From: an uncultured Acidimicrobiales bacterium
Lineage (GTDB): Bacteria > Actinomycetota > Acidimicrobiia > Acidimicrobiales > VFJN01
DNA length: 64,000 nt
Reading direction: 5' to 3'
NCBI GenBank assembly: GCA_963842015.1
Contig: CAWJFG010000021.1
Location: 174,631-238,630 of the forward strand
Shown here: piece by piece, positions 39,388-48,911 of the stretch
Layout of the letters: every line of letters begins with the position of its first letter
Position numbering within the stretch: the first letter of the stretch is position 1
Program-made: the position numbers and the translations under genes
The notes under the pieces: model-generated
Told to the model about the DNA's origin: nothing
Seen by the model: the letters and a program-made list of their open reading frames with translations, nothing else
Databases searched by the model: none

Positions 39388-41817
39388 ATGGCTGATCCCA
39401 TCGTCGTGTCCGCATCCCTCACGGGAATGGAGGACACCCTCACCTTCGAGACCGGAAAGCTGGCCTTCCAGAGCCAGGGTTCGGTTCTCGCCCGCCTCGG
39501 CAAGACCGAGGTGCTCGTCACCGCCAACGGCGCCCGCAACATCCGCGAGGGCATCGACTTCTTTCCCCTGACGGTCGACGTCGAAGAGCGCATGTACGCC
39601 GCCGGGCGCATCCCCGGCAGCTTCTTCCGGCGTGAAGGCCGGCCCACCGACCTCGCCATCCTCACCTGCCGCCTCATCGACCGCCCCCTGCGGCCGAGCT
39701 TCGCCGACGGCTACCGCAACGAGACCCAGGTCGTGGTGACGGTCATGGGCGTCGACGGCGAGAACCCCTACGACGTCGTCGCCATCAACGGCGCCTCGGC
39801 CGCCCTCATGCTGTCGGGCCTGCCGTTCGAGGGCCCCATCGGCGCCGTGCGCATCGCCTGGTCGGCCGAGGGCAAGTGGGTCCCGCACCCCACCTACACC
39901 CAGGGCGACGACTCGACCTTCGAGCTCGTCGTCGCCGGTCGTCAGAACGACGACGGCGACATCGCCATCATGATGGTCGAGGCCGGCGGCACCGAGAAGG
40001 CGTGGGACCTCTACCAGGACGGCACGCCGTTCGTCACCGAAGAGGTCATCGCCGGTGGTCTCGAGGCCGCCAAGACCTGGATCCGCGAGTCGATCGACGC
40101 CCAGCGCGAGCTGGTCGCCAAGGCCTGCCAGGCCGGGCTGATCCACGAGCTCGAGTGGGAGCCGCAGGTCGACTACACCGACGAGATCGCCGCCCGGGTC
40201 GAGGCCATCGGCACCGAGAGCCTCACCAAGGTGGCGGGCATCACCGTCAAGGCCGAGCGCGAGGCCGCCCAGGGCGAGGCCGCCAAGGCCATCATCGACA
40301 CCCTGCTGCCCGAGTTCCCCGAGCAGCAGCGCGAGATCAACAACGCGGCCAAGGCGCTGCTGAAGAAGATCGTGCGCCGGCGCATCGTCACCGAGGGCGC
40401 CCGCATGGACGGGCGCACGCCCACCGACATCCGGCCGCTGTCGGCCGAGGTCGGCGTGCTGCCCACCGCCCACGGCTCGGGCCTGTTCCAGCGGGGCGAG
40501 ACCCAGGTGCTCAACGTCACCACGCTGGGCATGCCGAAGACCGACCAGATCCTCGACAACCTGGGCAACCGCGACCGCAAGCGGTACATGCACCACTACA
40601 ACATGCCGCCCCACGCCAACGGCGAGACCGGCCGCGTGGGCAGCCCGAAGCGCCGCGAGATCGGCCACGGCCTGCTGGCCGAGCGGGCCCTGCTGCCCGT
40701 GGTGCCCAGCCAGGACGAGTTCCCGTACGTGCTGCGCCTCGTGTCCGAGGTGCTGGCGTCGAACGGTTCGACGTCGATGGCGTCGGTCTGCTCGTCGAGC
40801 CTGTCGCTGATGGACGCCGGCGTGCCGATCAAGGCGCCGGTGGCCGGCATCGCCATGGGCCTCGTCTACGCCGAGGGCGCCTACACCACGCTCACCGACA
40901 TCCTCGGTGCGGAGGACGCGTTCGGCGACATGGACTTCAAGGTCGCCGGCACCTCCGACTTCGTCACCGCCCTGCAGCTCGACACCAAGATCGAGGGGCT
41001 CCCCGCCGACGTGCTGGCGAGCGCCCTGCAGCAGGCCTACGAGGCCCGCACGCAGATCCTCGAGGTCATGCACGAGGCCATCCCGGCCCCGCGTGACGAG
41101 GTGGGCGAGACCGCCCCGAAGATCGTCAGCTTCGAGATCCCGATGGACAAGATCGGCGAGGTGATCGGGCCCAAGGGCAAGGTCATCAACGCCATCACCA
41201 CCGAGACCGGCGCCGACGTCAGCGTCGACGACGACGGCATGGTCGGCCGCGTGTCGATCGGGTCGTCCGACAAGGGTGCGGTGGAAGAGGCCAAGCGCCA
41301 GATCCAGCTCATCCTCAACCCGCCCACGGCCGAGGTCGGCCAGGTGTACCCGGGCCGTGTCGTGAACATCACCAAGTTCGGTGCGTTCGTGAACATCCTC
41401 CCGGGCCGCGACGGCCTGCTGCACATCTCCAAGATCGGTGGCGGCAAGCGCATCGATCGGGTCGAGGACGTGCTCGACCTCGGCGATCAGGTCGAGGTGC
41501 GGGTCGACGACGTCGACCCCGGCGGCAAGGTGTCGCTCAGCCTGGCCTCGTCGCCCCCGCCCGCCGAGGGCGAGGGTGGCGGCCGTGGCGACCGCGGCCG
41601 CGATCGCAGCGACCGGGGTGACCGCGGCGACCGGGGTGACCGCAGCGAGCGCAGCGAGGCGACCTCGGGCGCCGAGTCGGTCAGCTTCGAGGACAGCTTC
41701 GACGCCGAGCTCCGCGGCGACCTGGGCGACCTGGGGCCGGCCACCGCCGCCTCGGGCGAGAGCCGCGGTGGCCGTGGCGACCGGGGCGGCGACCGCCGTC
41801 GCCGTCAGCGCCGCTGA
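39388..41817 (+). CDS. pnp: Polyribonucleotide nucleotidyltransferase (PNPase) with Arg/Asp/Gly-rich C-terminal tail
   Basis: 809 aa. Two RNase PH domains, KH (IGEVIGPKGKVINAI) and S1 (GRVVNITKFGAFVNILPGRDGLLHIS), followed by about 95 aa of DRG-type repeats. Confidence 0.96.
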   Translation: MADPIVVSASLTGMEDTLTFETGKLAFQSQGSVLARLGKTEVLVTANGARNIREGIDFFPLTVDVEERMYAAGRIPGSFFRREGRPTDLAILTCRLIDRPLRPSFADGYRNETQVVVTVMGVDGENPYDVVAINGASAALMLSGLPFEGPIGAVRIAWSAEGKWVPHPTYTQGDDSTFELVVAGRQNDDGDIAIMMVEAGGTEKAWDLYQDGTPFVTEEVIAGGLEAAKTWIRESIDAQRELVAKACQAGLIHELEWEPQVDYTDEIAARVEAIGTESLTKVAGITVKAEREAAQGEAAKAIIDTLLPEFPEQQREINNAAKALLKKIVRRRIVTEGARMDGRTPTDIRPLSAEVGVLPTAHGSGLFQRGETQVLNVTTLGMPKTDQILDNLGNRDRKRYMHHYNMPPHANGETGRVGSPKRREIGHGLLAERALLPVVPSQDEFPYVLRLVSEVLASNGSTSMASVCSSSLSLMDAGVPIKAPVAGIAMGLVYAEGAYTTLTDILGAEDAFGDMDFKVAGTSDFVTALQLDTKIEGLPADVLASALQQAYEARTQILEVMHEAIPAPRDEVGETAPKIVSFEIPMDKIGEVIGPKGKVINAITTETGADVSVDDDGMVGRVSIGSSDKGAVEEAKRQIQLILNPPTAEVGQVYPGRVVNITKFGAFVNILPGRDGLLHISKIGGGKRIDRVEDVLDLGDQVEVRVDDVDPGGKVSLSLASSPPPAEGEGGGRGDRGRDRSDRGDRGDRGDRSERSEATSGAESVSFEDSFDAELRGDLGDLGPATAASGESRGGRGDRGGDRRRRQRR
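41611..41646 (+). repeat. 2 x 18-nt tandem repeat inside the pnp tail (encodes DRGDRG/DRGDRS)
   Basis: GACCGGGGTGACCGCGGC and GACCGGGGTGACCGCAGC are adjacent (17/18 identical). Confidence 0.85.
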
Positions 41818-41828
41818 TCCGCCCGCTC

Positions 41829-43088
41829 ATGGCGCCCGCCGCACCGTCCGAAGAGATCCGAGAGACACGCCTGGCCAACGGCGTGCGCATCGTCACCGAG
41901 CGCATGCCCGAGGCCCGGTCGGTGTCCCTCGGCGTCTGGGTCGGGGTCGGCGGGCGCGACGAGCCCGCCGTCCTGGCGGGCGCGTCCCACTTCCTCGAGC
42001 ACCTGCTGTTCAAGGGCACGTCCACGCGCTCGGCGCGCCAGATCGCCGAGGCGATCGACGCGGTGGGCGGCGAGATGAACGCCTTCACCAACCGCGAGCA
42101 CACCGCGTACTACACGCGGCTGCCGGCCGACCGGGCCGACCTCGGGGTGGACATCCTCGGCGACGTGCTCACCGACCCGGCGTTCCGGCCCCACGAGGTC
42201 GACGCCGAGCGCCAGGTGATCGTCGAGGAGATCCTCATGAACCTCGACGTGCCCGAGGACCACGTCCACACCCTCCTGGCCGAGGCCCTCTTCCCGGGCC
42301 ACCCGCTCGGGCGTGAGGTGCTCGGCACCCGCGAGTCCGTCGAGGCCGCCACCCGCGACCAGATCGCCGACTTCTTCGGCCGCTGGTACCTGCCGCGCAA
42401 CCTGGTCGTGGTCGCCGCCGGCGACCTCGAGCACGAGCGGCTCGTCGAGGCGTTCGCCGGCACCGTCGGTCGCCTCGAGGGCGGGGAGCGGCCCGAGCGG
42501 TCCCGCCCCGCCGCGTCGGTCGAGCCGGTGGCCGTGCTCGACGACGACACCGAGCAGGTGCACGTGGCCATGGGATGGCGCGGCGTCGATCACTTCGACG
42601 ACGACCGCTACGCCTTGTCGGTCGCCAACCAGATCCTGGGCGGCGGCATGTCGAGCCGGCTGTTCCAGCAGGTCCGCGAGGAGCGCGGGCTGTGCTACTC
42701 CGTCTACTCGTGGGCGTCGTCGTACGGCGACGCCGGCACCGCGGGCATCTACGCCGGCACCGCCCCGGCCCGCGTGCCCGAGCTGCTGCAGGTGGTCGAC
42801 GACGAGGTCGCCAAGCTGGTGGCCACGGGGGTCACCGAGTCCGAGCTGGACGTGGCCAAGGGGTTCATCGAGGGCTCGATGGTGCTGGGCCTCGAGGACT
42901 CCGGCTCGCGCATGGCCCGACTGGGCCGCAGCCTGATGGCGCGCGACGAGATCGTCGGCGTCGACGTGCAGCTGGCCCGCATCCGCGCCGTGACCACCGA
43001 CGACGTGGCCGCCGTGTCGTCCCGCGTGTTCGGCAGCCCCCGGTCGCTGGCCGTGGTCGGCCACGTCGACCCGTCGCTGCTGCCCTGA
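41829..43088 (+). CDS. M16 family zinc peptidase (PepR-like)
   Basis: HFLEHLLFKGT inverted zinc motif; 419 aa. Conserved position after pnp. Confidence 0.9.
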   Translation: MAPAAPSEEIRETRLANGVRIVTERMPEARSVSLGVWVGVGGRDEPAVLAGASHFLEHLLFKGTSTRSARQIAEAIDAVGGEMNAFTNREHTAYYTRLPADRADLGVDILGDVLTDPAFRPHEVDAERQVIVEEILMNLDVPEDHVHTLLAEALFPGHPLGREVLGTRESVEAATRDQIADFFGRWYLPRNLVVVAAGDLEHERLVEAFAGTVGRLEGGERPERSRPAASVEPVAVLDDDTEQVHVAMGWRGVDHFDDDRYALSVANQILGGGMSSRLFQQVREERGLCYSVYSWASSYGDAGTAGIYAGTAPARVPELLQVVDDEVAKLVATGVTESELDVAKGFIEGSMVLGLEDSGSRMARLGRSLMARDEIVGVDVQLARIRAVTTDDVAAVSSRVFGSPRSLAVVGHVDPSLLP

Positions 43089-43097
43089 CGCCGACCG

Positions 43098-44855
43098 TCA
43101 GCGGCGCTCGATCACCTGGCCGGCGGTGACCTCGACGACCCTGTCGATGCCGACGGCGTCGAGCATCGTGCGGTCGTGGGTGACGAGCACGAGCGTGCCG
43201 CCGAACGACTCGACGGCCTGCTCGAGCTGCTCGACCGCCTCGAGGTCGAGGTGGTTGGTGGGCTCGTCGAGCACGAGGACGTTGACGCCCCGGACCTGGA
43301 GCACCGCCAGCGTGGCGCGGGTGCGCTCGCCGGGTGACAGCGACTCGGGCGGCCTCTCGACGTGTTCGGCCGACAGCCCGAACTTGGCCAGCGCCGACCG
43401 GGCGGCGGCCCGGTCCTCGACGCCGGTGGCCGCGTGGAAGCCGGCGATCAGCGAGGGCGCACCCGCGAACAGGTCGCGCCGCTGGCTGATCTCGCCCACG
43501 ACGACGCTGGGTCCGGACCACTGGGTGCCCGAGACGAGCGGCAGCCTGCCGAAGAGCGCGGCCAGCAGCGTCGACTTGCCCGAGCCGTTGCGCCCGACGA
43601 CGGCCAGCCGGTCGCCCCACGCCACCTCGAGCGACACCGGACCGAGCCGGAAGCCGGCGTCGCCGTCGACACCGGGGCGCTCGACGACCGCGTCGGACAG
43701 CCGGGCCACGACGTCGCCGCCACGGCCGGCGTCGGCGATCGCCAGCCGCAGGTCCCAGCCCTCCCAGGGCTTGTCGACGGTCTCGAGCCGGGCGAGCGCC
43801 TTGTCGGTGATCTTCGCCTTGGCCGCCACGTGCTCGGAGCTCTGCATGTTGCGATGGCGGATGAACTTGTCGGTCTCGCCCGACTTCTTGGCCCGGCGGA
43901 CGCCCTGGTTGGCCCACTGACGCTGCGTGCGCGCCCGGTCGGTCAGGCTGGCCCGCTGGTCGGAGTAGACCCGGTAGGCCTGCTCGGCGTGCTGCCGGGT
44001 CAGCGCCCGCTCGTCGAGGTACGCCAGCCAGCCACCCTCGAAGCGCGTCAGGGTGTGGGCGTGGTCGTCGATCTCGGCGACCGCCGTGACCGTCCGTTCG
44101 AGGAAGGCGCGGTCGTGCGACACCACCATCGACGGCGATTCGAGCCCGAGCACGAACTGCTCGAGCCGGTCGAGGCCGTCGAGATCGAGGTCGTTGGTCG
44201 GCTCGTCCAACAGGAACACGTCGAACCGGGCGAGGAGCAGGCCGGCGAGCTGGGCGCGGGCCGCCTGGCCACCCGACAGACGGGCCACCTCGCGGTGGAG
44301 CGTCGTGGACGGCAGGCCGAGGTCGGCGGCGACCGTGGCGATGCGGGCGTCGAGGTCGGCGCCACCGAGCGCCATCCACCGGTCGAGCGCGGCGGCGTAG
44401 CGGTCGGTGGCGGCGGGGTCGTCGTCGGCCAGGGCGGCCGTGGCGTCGTCGAGCGCGGCCGAGGCGTCGGCGACGCCCGTGCGGCGCGAGAGCATGGCTC
44501 GCACGGTCTCGCCGGGGCGCGGATCGGGCTCCTGCGGGAGGTAGCCGACCGTGGCCGTGGGAGGGGCCAGCCGGACCGTCCCGCCCTCGGCCGGGCGGAG
44601 CCCGGCGAGCACCCGGAGCAGCGTCGACTTGCCGGAGCCGTTCGGGCCGACCAGCCCGACCCGCGTTCCGGGCGCGAGGACGAGATCGACGCCGGCCAGC
44701 AGCGGCCGGGGCCCGGCGGCGACGTCGAGGTCGCGCACGGTGAGTGTGGCAGGAGACGAGGACAACGGCACTCCAGTGGCTCGAGAGGGGATCGGGACGC
44801 TGGTGGGGGGCCGTGTCGCTACATCGTCGACCAGGCTACAGGTCGCTCGCGGCAC
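43098..44855 (-). CDS. ABC-F family ATPase (two ABC domains, no TM domain; start uncertain, possibly near 44770)
   Basis: GPNGSGKSTLLRVL and GRNGSGKSTLLAAL Walker A motifs, LSGGQAARAQLA and LSPGERTRATLA signatures, and a basic interdomain linker of about 80 aa. Confidence 0.88.
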   Translation of the reverse strand: MPRATCSLVDDVATRPPTSVPIPSRATGVPLSSSPATLTVRDLDVAAGPRPLLAGVDLVLAPGTRVGLVGPNGSGKSTLLRVLAGLRPAEGGTVRLAPPTATVGYLPQEPDPRPGETVRAMLSRRTGVADASAALDDATAALADDDPAATDRYAAALDRWMALGGADLDARIATVAADLGLPSTTLHREVARLSGGQAARAQLAGLLLARFDVFLLDEPTNDLDLDGLDRLEQFVLGLESPSMVVSHDRAFLERTVTAVAEIDDHAHTLTRFEGGWLAYLDERALTRQHAEQAYRVYSDQRASLTDRARTQRQWANQGVRRAKKSGETDKFIRHRNMQSSEHVAAKAKITDKALARLETVDKPWEGWDLRLAIADAGRGGDVVARLSDAVVERPGVDGDAGFRLGPVSLEVAWGDRLAVVGRNGSGKSTLLAALFGRLPLVSGTQWSGPSVVVGEISQRRDLFAGAPSLIAGFHAATGVEDRAAARSALAKFGLSAEHVERPPESLSPGERTRATLAVLQVRGVNVLVLDEPTNHLDLEAVEQLEQAVESFGGTLVLVTHDRTMLDAVGIDRVVEVTAGQVIERR

Positions 44856-44908
44856 CTCCGCCCCGCGTTTCTCCGTCGGTGAGGTCGTCGCCGGTACTGT
44901 TCGTGCCG

Positions 44909-45700
44909 ATGACGGTGCGTGTTGGCGTGTTCGGCGCGGGTGGGCGCATGGGAAGCACGGTGTGCCGGGCCGTCGCCGCCGACCCCGACCTCGAGCTGGT
45001 CGGGGCGATCGACCCCCACCACGCCGGGCTCGACCTGCGCCACGCCACCGGGGTCGACGTCCCCGACCTGCACATCGACCCCGATCCCGCGGCCCTGCTC
45101 GCCGCGGGCGCCGAGGTCGTCGTCGACTTCACCGTGCTCGACGCGTCCCGCCGGAACCTGACGTGGGCGGCCGAGCACGGCATCCACGCCGTCGTGGGCA
45201 CCACCGGCTTCACGGCCGAGGACCACGAGCGGTTCCGGGGGCAGTTCACCCGCAGCAACTGCCTCATCGCCCCCAACTTCGCCATCGGCGCGGTGCTGAT
45301 GATGCGCTTCGCCGAGCTCGCCGCGCCGTGGTTCGAGACCGCCGAGGTGATCGAGCTGCACCACGACCGCAAGGTCGACGCCCCGTCCGGCACCGCCATG
45401 CTCACGGTCGAGCGGATGGCGGCGGCCTCCGACCGGTGGGGCGACGACCCCACCGAGAAGGAGGTCCTGGCCGGCGCCCGGGGGGCGACCGGGCCGGGCG
45501 GCATCCACGTGCACTCGGTGCGCCTACGGGGCCTGATCGCCCACCAGGAGGTCCTGTTCGGGACGGCCGGCCAGTCCCTGTCCATCCGCCACGACAGCTA
45601 CGACCGCGACAGCTTCATGCCCGGGGTCGTGCTGGCGGTGAAGCAGGTGGCCGATCACCCGGGCCTCACGATCGGCCTCGACGGGCTGCTCGGCCTCTGA
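44909..45700 (+). CDS. dapB: 4-hydroxy-tetrahydrodipicolinate reductase
   Basis: ATG 44909 gives MTVRVGVFGAGGRMG. Also contains VVGTTGF and ELHHDRKVDAPSGTA. Confidence 0.93.
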   Translation: MTVRVGVFGAGGRMGSTVCRAVAADPDLELVGAIDPHHAGLDLRHATGVDVPDLHIDPDPAALLAAGAEVVVDFTVLDASRRNLTWAAEHGIHAVVGTTGFTAEDHERFRGQFTRSNCLIAPNFAIGAVLMMRFAELAAPWFETAEVIELHHDRKVDAPSGTAMLTVERMAAASDRWGDDPTEKEVLAGARGATGPGGIHVHSVRLRGLIAHQEVLFGTAGQSLSIRHDSYDRDSFMPGVVLAVKQVADHPGLTIGLDGLLGL

Positions 45701-45782
45701 GCGGGCGCACACCGGCGGCTAACATCTGACGGCGCGTCAGGGATCGGGGGTCGATCGTCGGCGCGAGAGGGGAGCGAGCGCC

Positions 45783-47330
45783 ATGCTGCAGGCCCGCAAC
45801 ATCTGGGACCTGATCGTCGCCAGGGCCGACGAGTCGCCCGACCGCGAGATGGCGGTCGACGAGACCGGCCGCCGGCTGACCTTCGGCGAGTACCGCGACC
45901 GCTGCGAGCGGGCCGCCGCCGGCCTCGCCGCCCTCGGGGTGGCGGACGGCACGGTCGTGTCGTGGGTGCAGCCCACCACGCTCGAGGCGATGGTGCTCTT
46001 CGGGGCGCTCCGCCGGCTCGGCGCGGTGCAGAACCCGATCCTGCCGATCTACCGCGAGCGGGAGGTCGGCTTCATCATCCGCCAGGCCGGCTCGTCGCTG
46101 CTGGTGGTGCCCTCGACGTGGAAGGGCTTCGACTACGAGGCGATGGCCGCCGACGTCACCGCGGGCACCGACACGCAGGTGCTGGTCAGCGACCGCTCGT
46201 TGCCCGACGGCGACCCGGCCACCCTGCCGCCGCCGCCCGACGACGACATGCACGCGCCCACCGGCCAGCCGGTTCCCGTGCGCTTCCTGTACTACACGTC
46301 GGGGACCACGGCCGACCCCAAGGGCGCCCGTCACGGCGACCGCTCCCTCATGTCCGCGTCGGTCGGCATGTCCGAACGCCTGGGCCTCGCCGACGACGAC
46401 CGCTTCGCCCTCGTCTTCCCGTTCACCCACATCGCGGGCGGCGTGTACATCTACGCGGCGGTGGCCTACGGGCTGACGTTCGTCCTCGACGAGGCGTTCG
46501 ACCCCGCGACCACGCTCAACCTGCTGCGGCGCGAGGACATCACCCAGGGCGGGGCGGGCACCTTCTTCCACCAGATGTACCTGAAGGCCCAGCAGGACCT
46601 GCCGGCGGGGGAGAAGCTGTTCCCGAACGTCCGCACCTTCCCCGGCGGCGGCGCACCCAAGCCGCCCAGCCTGCACCACGAGCTCAAGGCGGCGTTCGGC
46701 GTCGGCGTGGTGTCGGGCTACGGCATGACCGAGGCCCCGATCCTCACGATGAACGACCACCGGTCGTCCGACGACGTCCTGGCCAACACCGAGGGCCCGG
46801 CGGTGGCCGACACGGCCCTGCGCATCGTCACCCTCGACGGCAAGGACGCCGGCGTGGGCGAGGAGGGGGAGATCCGGGCCAAGGGCCCGCAGGTCACGCT
46901 GGGCTACGCCGACCCCGCCCTCGACGCCGAGGCGTTCGACGACGACGGCTGGTTCCGCACCGGCGACCTGGGCACGCTCGACGCCGACGGCAACCTCACC
47001 ATCACCGGGCGCCTGAAGGACATCATCATCCGCAAGGGCGAGAACATCTCGGCCAAGGAGGTCGAGGACCTGCTGTTCACCCACCCCCAGGTGGGCGACG
47101 TGGCGGTGGTCGGCCTGCCCGACCCCGACAGCGGTGAGCGCGCCTGCGCGGTCGTCGTCACCGCGGCCGGGGCCGAGCCGATCAGCTTCGACGAGATGAC
47201 GCGGCACCTGGTCGACGCGGGCCTCATCACCCGCAAGCTGCCCGAGCAGCTCGAGATCGTCGACGCCCTGCCCCGCAACCCGTCGGGCAAGATCGTCAAG
47301 GCGCAGCTCCAGAAGCAGTACGGGGGCTGA
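45783..47330 (+). CDS. AMP-dependent acyl-CoA synthetase/ligase
   Basis: 515 aa: YYTSGTTADPKGA, GYGMTE, WFRTGDLG and IIRKGENIS motifs. Confidence 0.85.
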   Translation: MLQARNIWDLIVARADESPDREMAVDETGRRLTFGEYRDRCERAAAGLAALGVADGTVVSWVQPTTLEAMVLFGALRRLGAVQNPILPIYREREVGFIIRQAGSSLLVVPSTWKGFDYEAMAADVTAGTDTQVLVSDRSLPDGDPATLPPPPDDDMHAPTGQPVPVRFLYYTSGTTADPKGARHGDRSLMSASVGMSERLGLADDDRFALVFPFTHIAGGVYIYAAVAYGLTFVLDEAFDPATTLNLLRREDITQGGAGTFFHQMYLKAQQDLPAGEKLFPNVRTFPGGGAPKPPSLHHELKAAFGVGVVSGYGMTEAPILTMNDHRSSDDVLANTEGPAVADTALRIVTLDGKDAGVGEEGEIRAKGPQVTLGYADPALDAEAFDDDGWFRTGDLGTLDADGNLTITGRLKDIIIRKGENISAKEVEDLLFTHPQVGDVAVVGLPDPDSGERACAVVVTAAGAEPISFDEMTRHLVDAGLITRKLPEQLEIVDALPRNPSGKIVKAQLQKQYGG

Positions 47331-47333
47331 GCC

Positions 47334-48104
47334 TCAGGCCAGGCGGGTGACGGTCGACGTGCCGTAGCGCTGGTTGAGCACCCACTTCAGCCCGCGGACC
47401 CCGCTGAGGGCGCCCGAGCGGTGCCCGTTCACGAGCTCGCGCTGGCAGTTGCCGTCGCCCTCCCACGCCTGGGTGCAGCCCTCGGGGTCGACGTTGGCCA
47501 ACGCCAGGATCGCTCCCGACGCCCCCATCGCCGCGGCCTGCAGCGTCAGCGCGGCGCTGCCCGTGTAGACGCCGCTGCGGGTCTGGTCGATCTCGATCGC
47601 CAGGCGCGCGGGGTCGCCGGTCGAGTCCTTGATGCCGACCACCGGCAGCTCGCACACCAGGTCGACCGGGATGCCGGGCGCCGAGCGGGCGGGGTAGTGG
47701 TAGGCGAGCAGCGGCGTGTCGACGGCGGAGCCGACGGCCTCGTAGTACGGCCGCGGGTCGTCGGTCGCCGGGGGCGAGAGGGCGAGCAGGGCGTCGGCTC
47801 CGTCGTCGACGGCCCGCCGGGACAGCGCCGCCGCCTGGCGGGCGGACGGGGCACCCGTGCCCGCGATCACCGGCACCCGGCCGGCGACCGCGTCGCGCAC
47901 CGCGACGAGGAGCCGCGAGCGCTCGTCGCCGTCGAGGGCCGCCGCCTCGCCCGTCGACCCGGCCACGAGGACGGCCCGGACACCCCGGTCGACCAGGTGG
48001 CCGGCGTGGCGGGCGGTGGCCTCGGCGTCGAGCTCGCCTTGGCTGTCGAACAGCGTGACGAGCGCGACACCCACGCCGGTGAACGGCGGGTCGGCGGCGT
48101 CCAT
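47334..48104 (-). CDS. Dihydrodipicolinate synthase/NAL family protein (DapA-like, short at 256 aa)
   Basis: ATG at 48104-48102 (rc). Contains ALVTLFDSQGELD, VAGSTGEAAAL and the Schiff-base lysine context VVGIKDSTGD. The track ORF runs on spuriously to 49094. Confidence 0.8.
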   Translation of the reverse strand: MDAADPPFTGVGVALVTLFDSQGELDAEATARHAGHLVDRGVRAVLVAGSTGEAAALDGDERSRLLVAVRDAVAGRVPVIAGTGAPSARQAAALSRRAVDDGADALLALSPPATDDPRPYYEAVGSAVDTPLLAYHYPARSAPGIPVDLVCELPVVGIKDSTGDPARLAIEIDQTRSGVYTGSAALTLQAAAMGASGAILALANVDPEGCTQAWEGDGNCQRELVNGHRSGALSGVRGLKWVLNQRYGTSTVTRLA

Positions 48105-48125
48105 GCCAGGACGATACCGGTGCCC

Positions 48126-48911
48126 GTGTGCGTGGGCGGGCAGGCCCGCAGGGCGGGCGGGGCACCGGAGATACGCTGCGGCCGTCCGTCTCCCGCCGGC
48201 CGCGAGGGGCGGCGCCGACCCGAGGGGCACCGCATCTCCGACGATCTCGACTTCACCGCCGACGAGGCCGCCGCCGTGTACCGGGCGATCGCCCTGCGGC
48301 GCGACATGCGCCACTTCCGTCCGGATCCCGTGCCGCCCGACGTGCTCCAGCGCCTGCTCGACGCCGCGCACCGGGCGCCCAGCGTGGGGTTCATGCAGCC
48401 CTGGCGCTTCGTCCGCATCACCGATCCAGAGCTGCGCGGCGCGGTGCACGGGGTCGTCGAGGCCGAGCGGCAGCGCACGGCCGAGGATCTGGGGCCACGG
48501 CGGGCCGAGTTCCTGCGGCTGAAGGTCGAGGGCATCCTCGACTGCGGCGAAGTGCTGGTGGTGGCCCTCATGGACGGCCGCGAACGCTACGTGTTCGGCC
48601 GGCGCACGCTCCCCGAGATGGACGTCGCCTCGGCCGCCTGCGCCATCCAGAACGTGTGGCTGACCGCTCGGGTCGAGGGCCTGGGGATGGGGTGGGTGTC
48701 GATCTTCGATCCCGACGAGCTCGCCCGGCTGCTGGGCATGCCCGACGGGGCGAAGCCGCTCGCCATCCTGTGCCTCGGCTACGTGGACGAGTTCTACGAG
48801 CGGCCGATGCTCGAGCAGGAGGGCTGGGACGAGCGCCGCGTGCTGGCCGAGCTCGTGGGCGAGAACCGCTGGCCCGATGCCCCGGCCGGAGCCCCCGGTG
48901 GCGCCGAGTAG
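48126..48911 (+). CDS. bluB: BluB-like nitroreductase-fold protein (5,6-dimethylbenzimidazole synthase family); start uncertain
   Basis: AVYRAIALRRDMRHFRPDPV, SVGFMQPWRFVRI, ACAIQNVWLTARVEGLGMGWVS. The first in-frame starts are GTG 48126 and 48132. Confidence 0.7.
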   Translation: MCVGGQARRAGGAPEIRCGRPSPAGREGRRRPEGHRISDDLDFTADEAAAVYRAIALRRDMRHFRPDPVPPDVLQRLLDAAHRAPSVGFMQPWRFVRITDPELRGAVHGVVEAERQRTAEDLGPRRAEFLRLKVEGILDCGEVLVVALMDGRERYVFGRRTLPEMDVASAACAIQNVWLTARVEGLGMGWVSIFDPDELARLLGMPDGAKPLAILCLGYVDEFYERPMLEQEGWDERRVLAELVGENRWPDAPAGAPGGAE

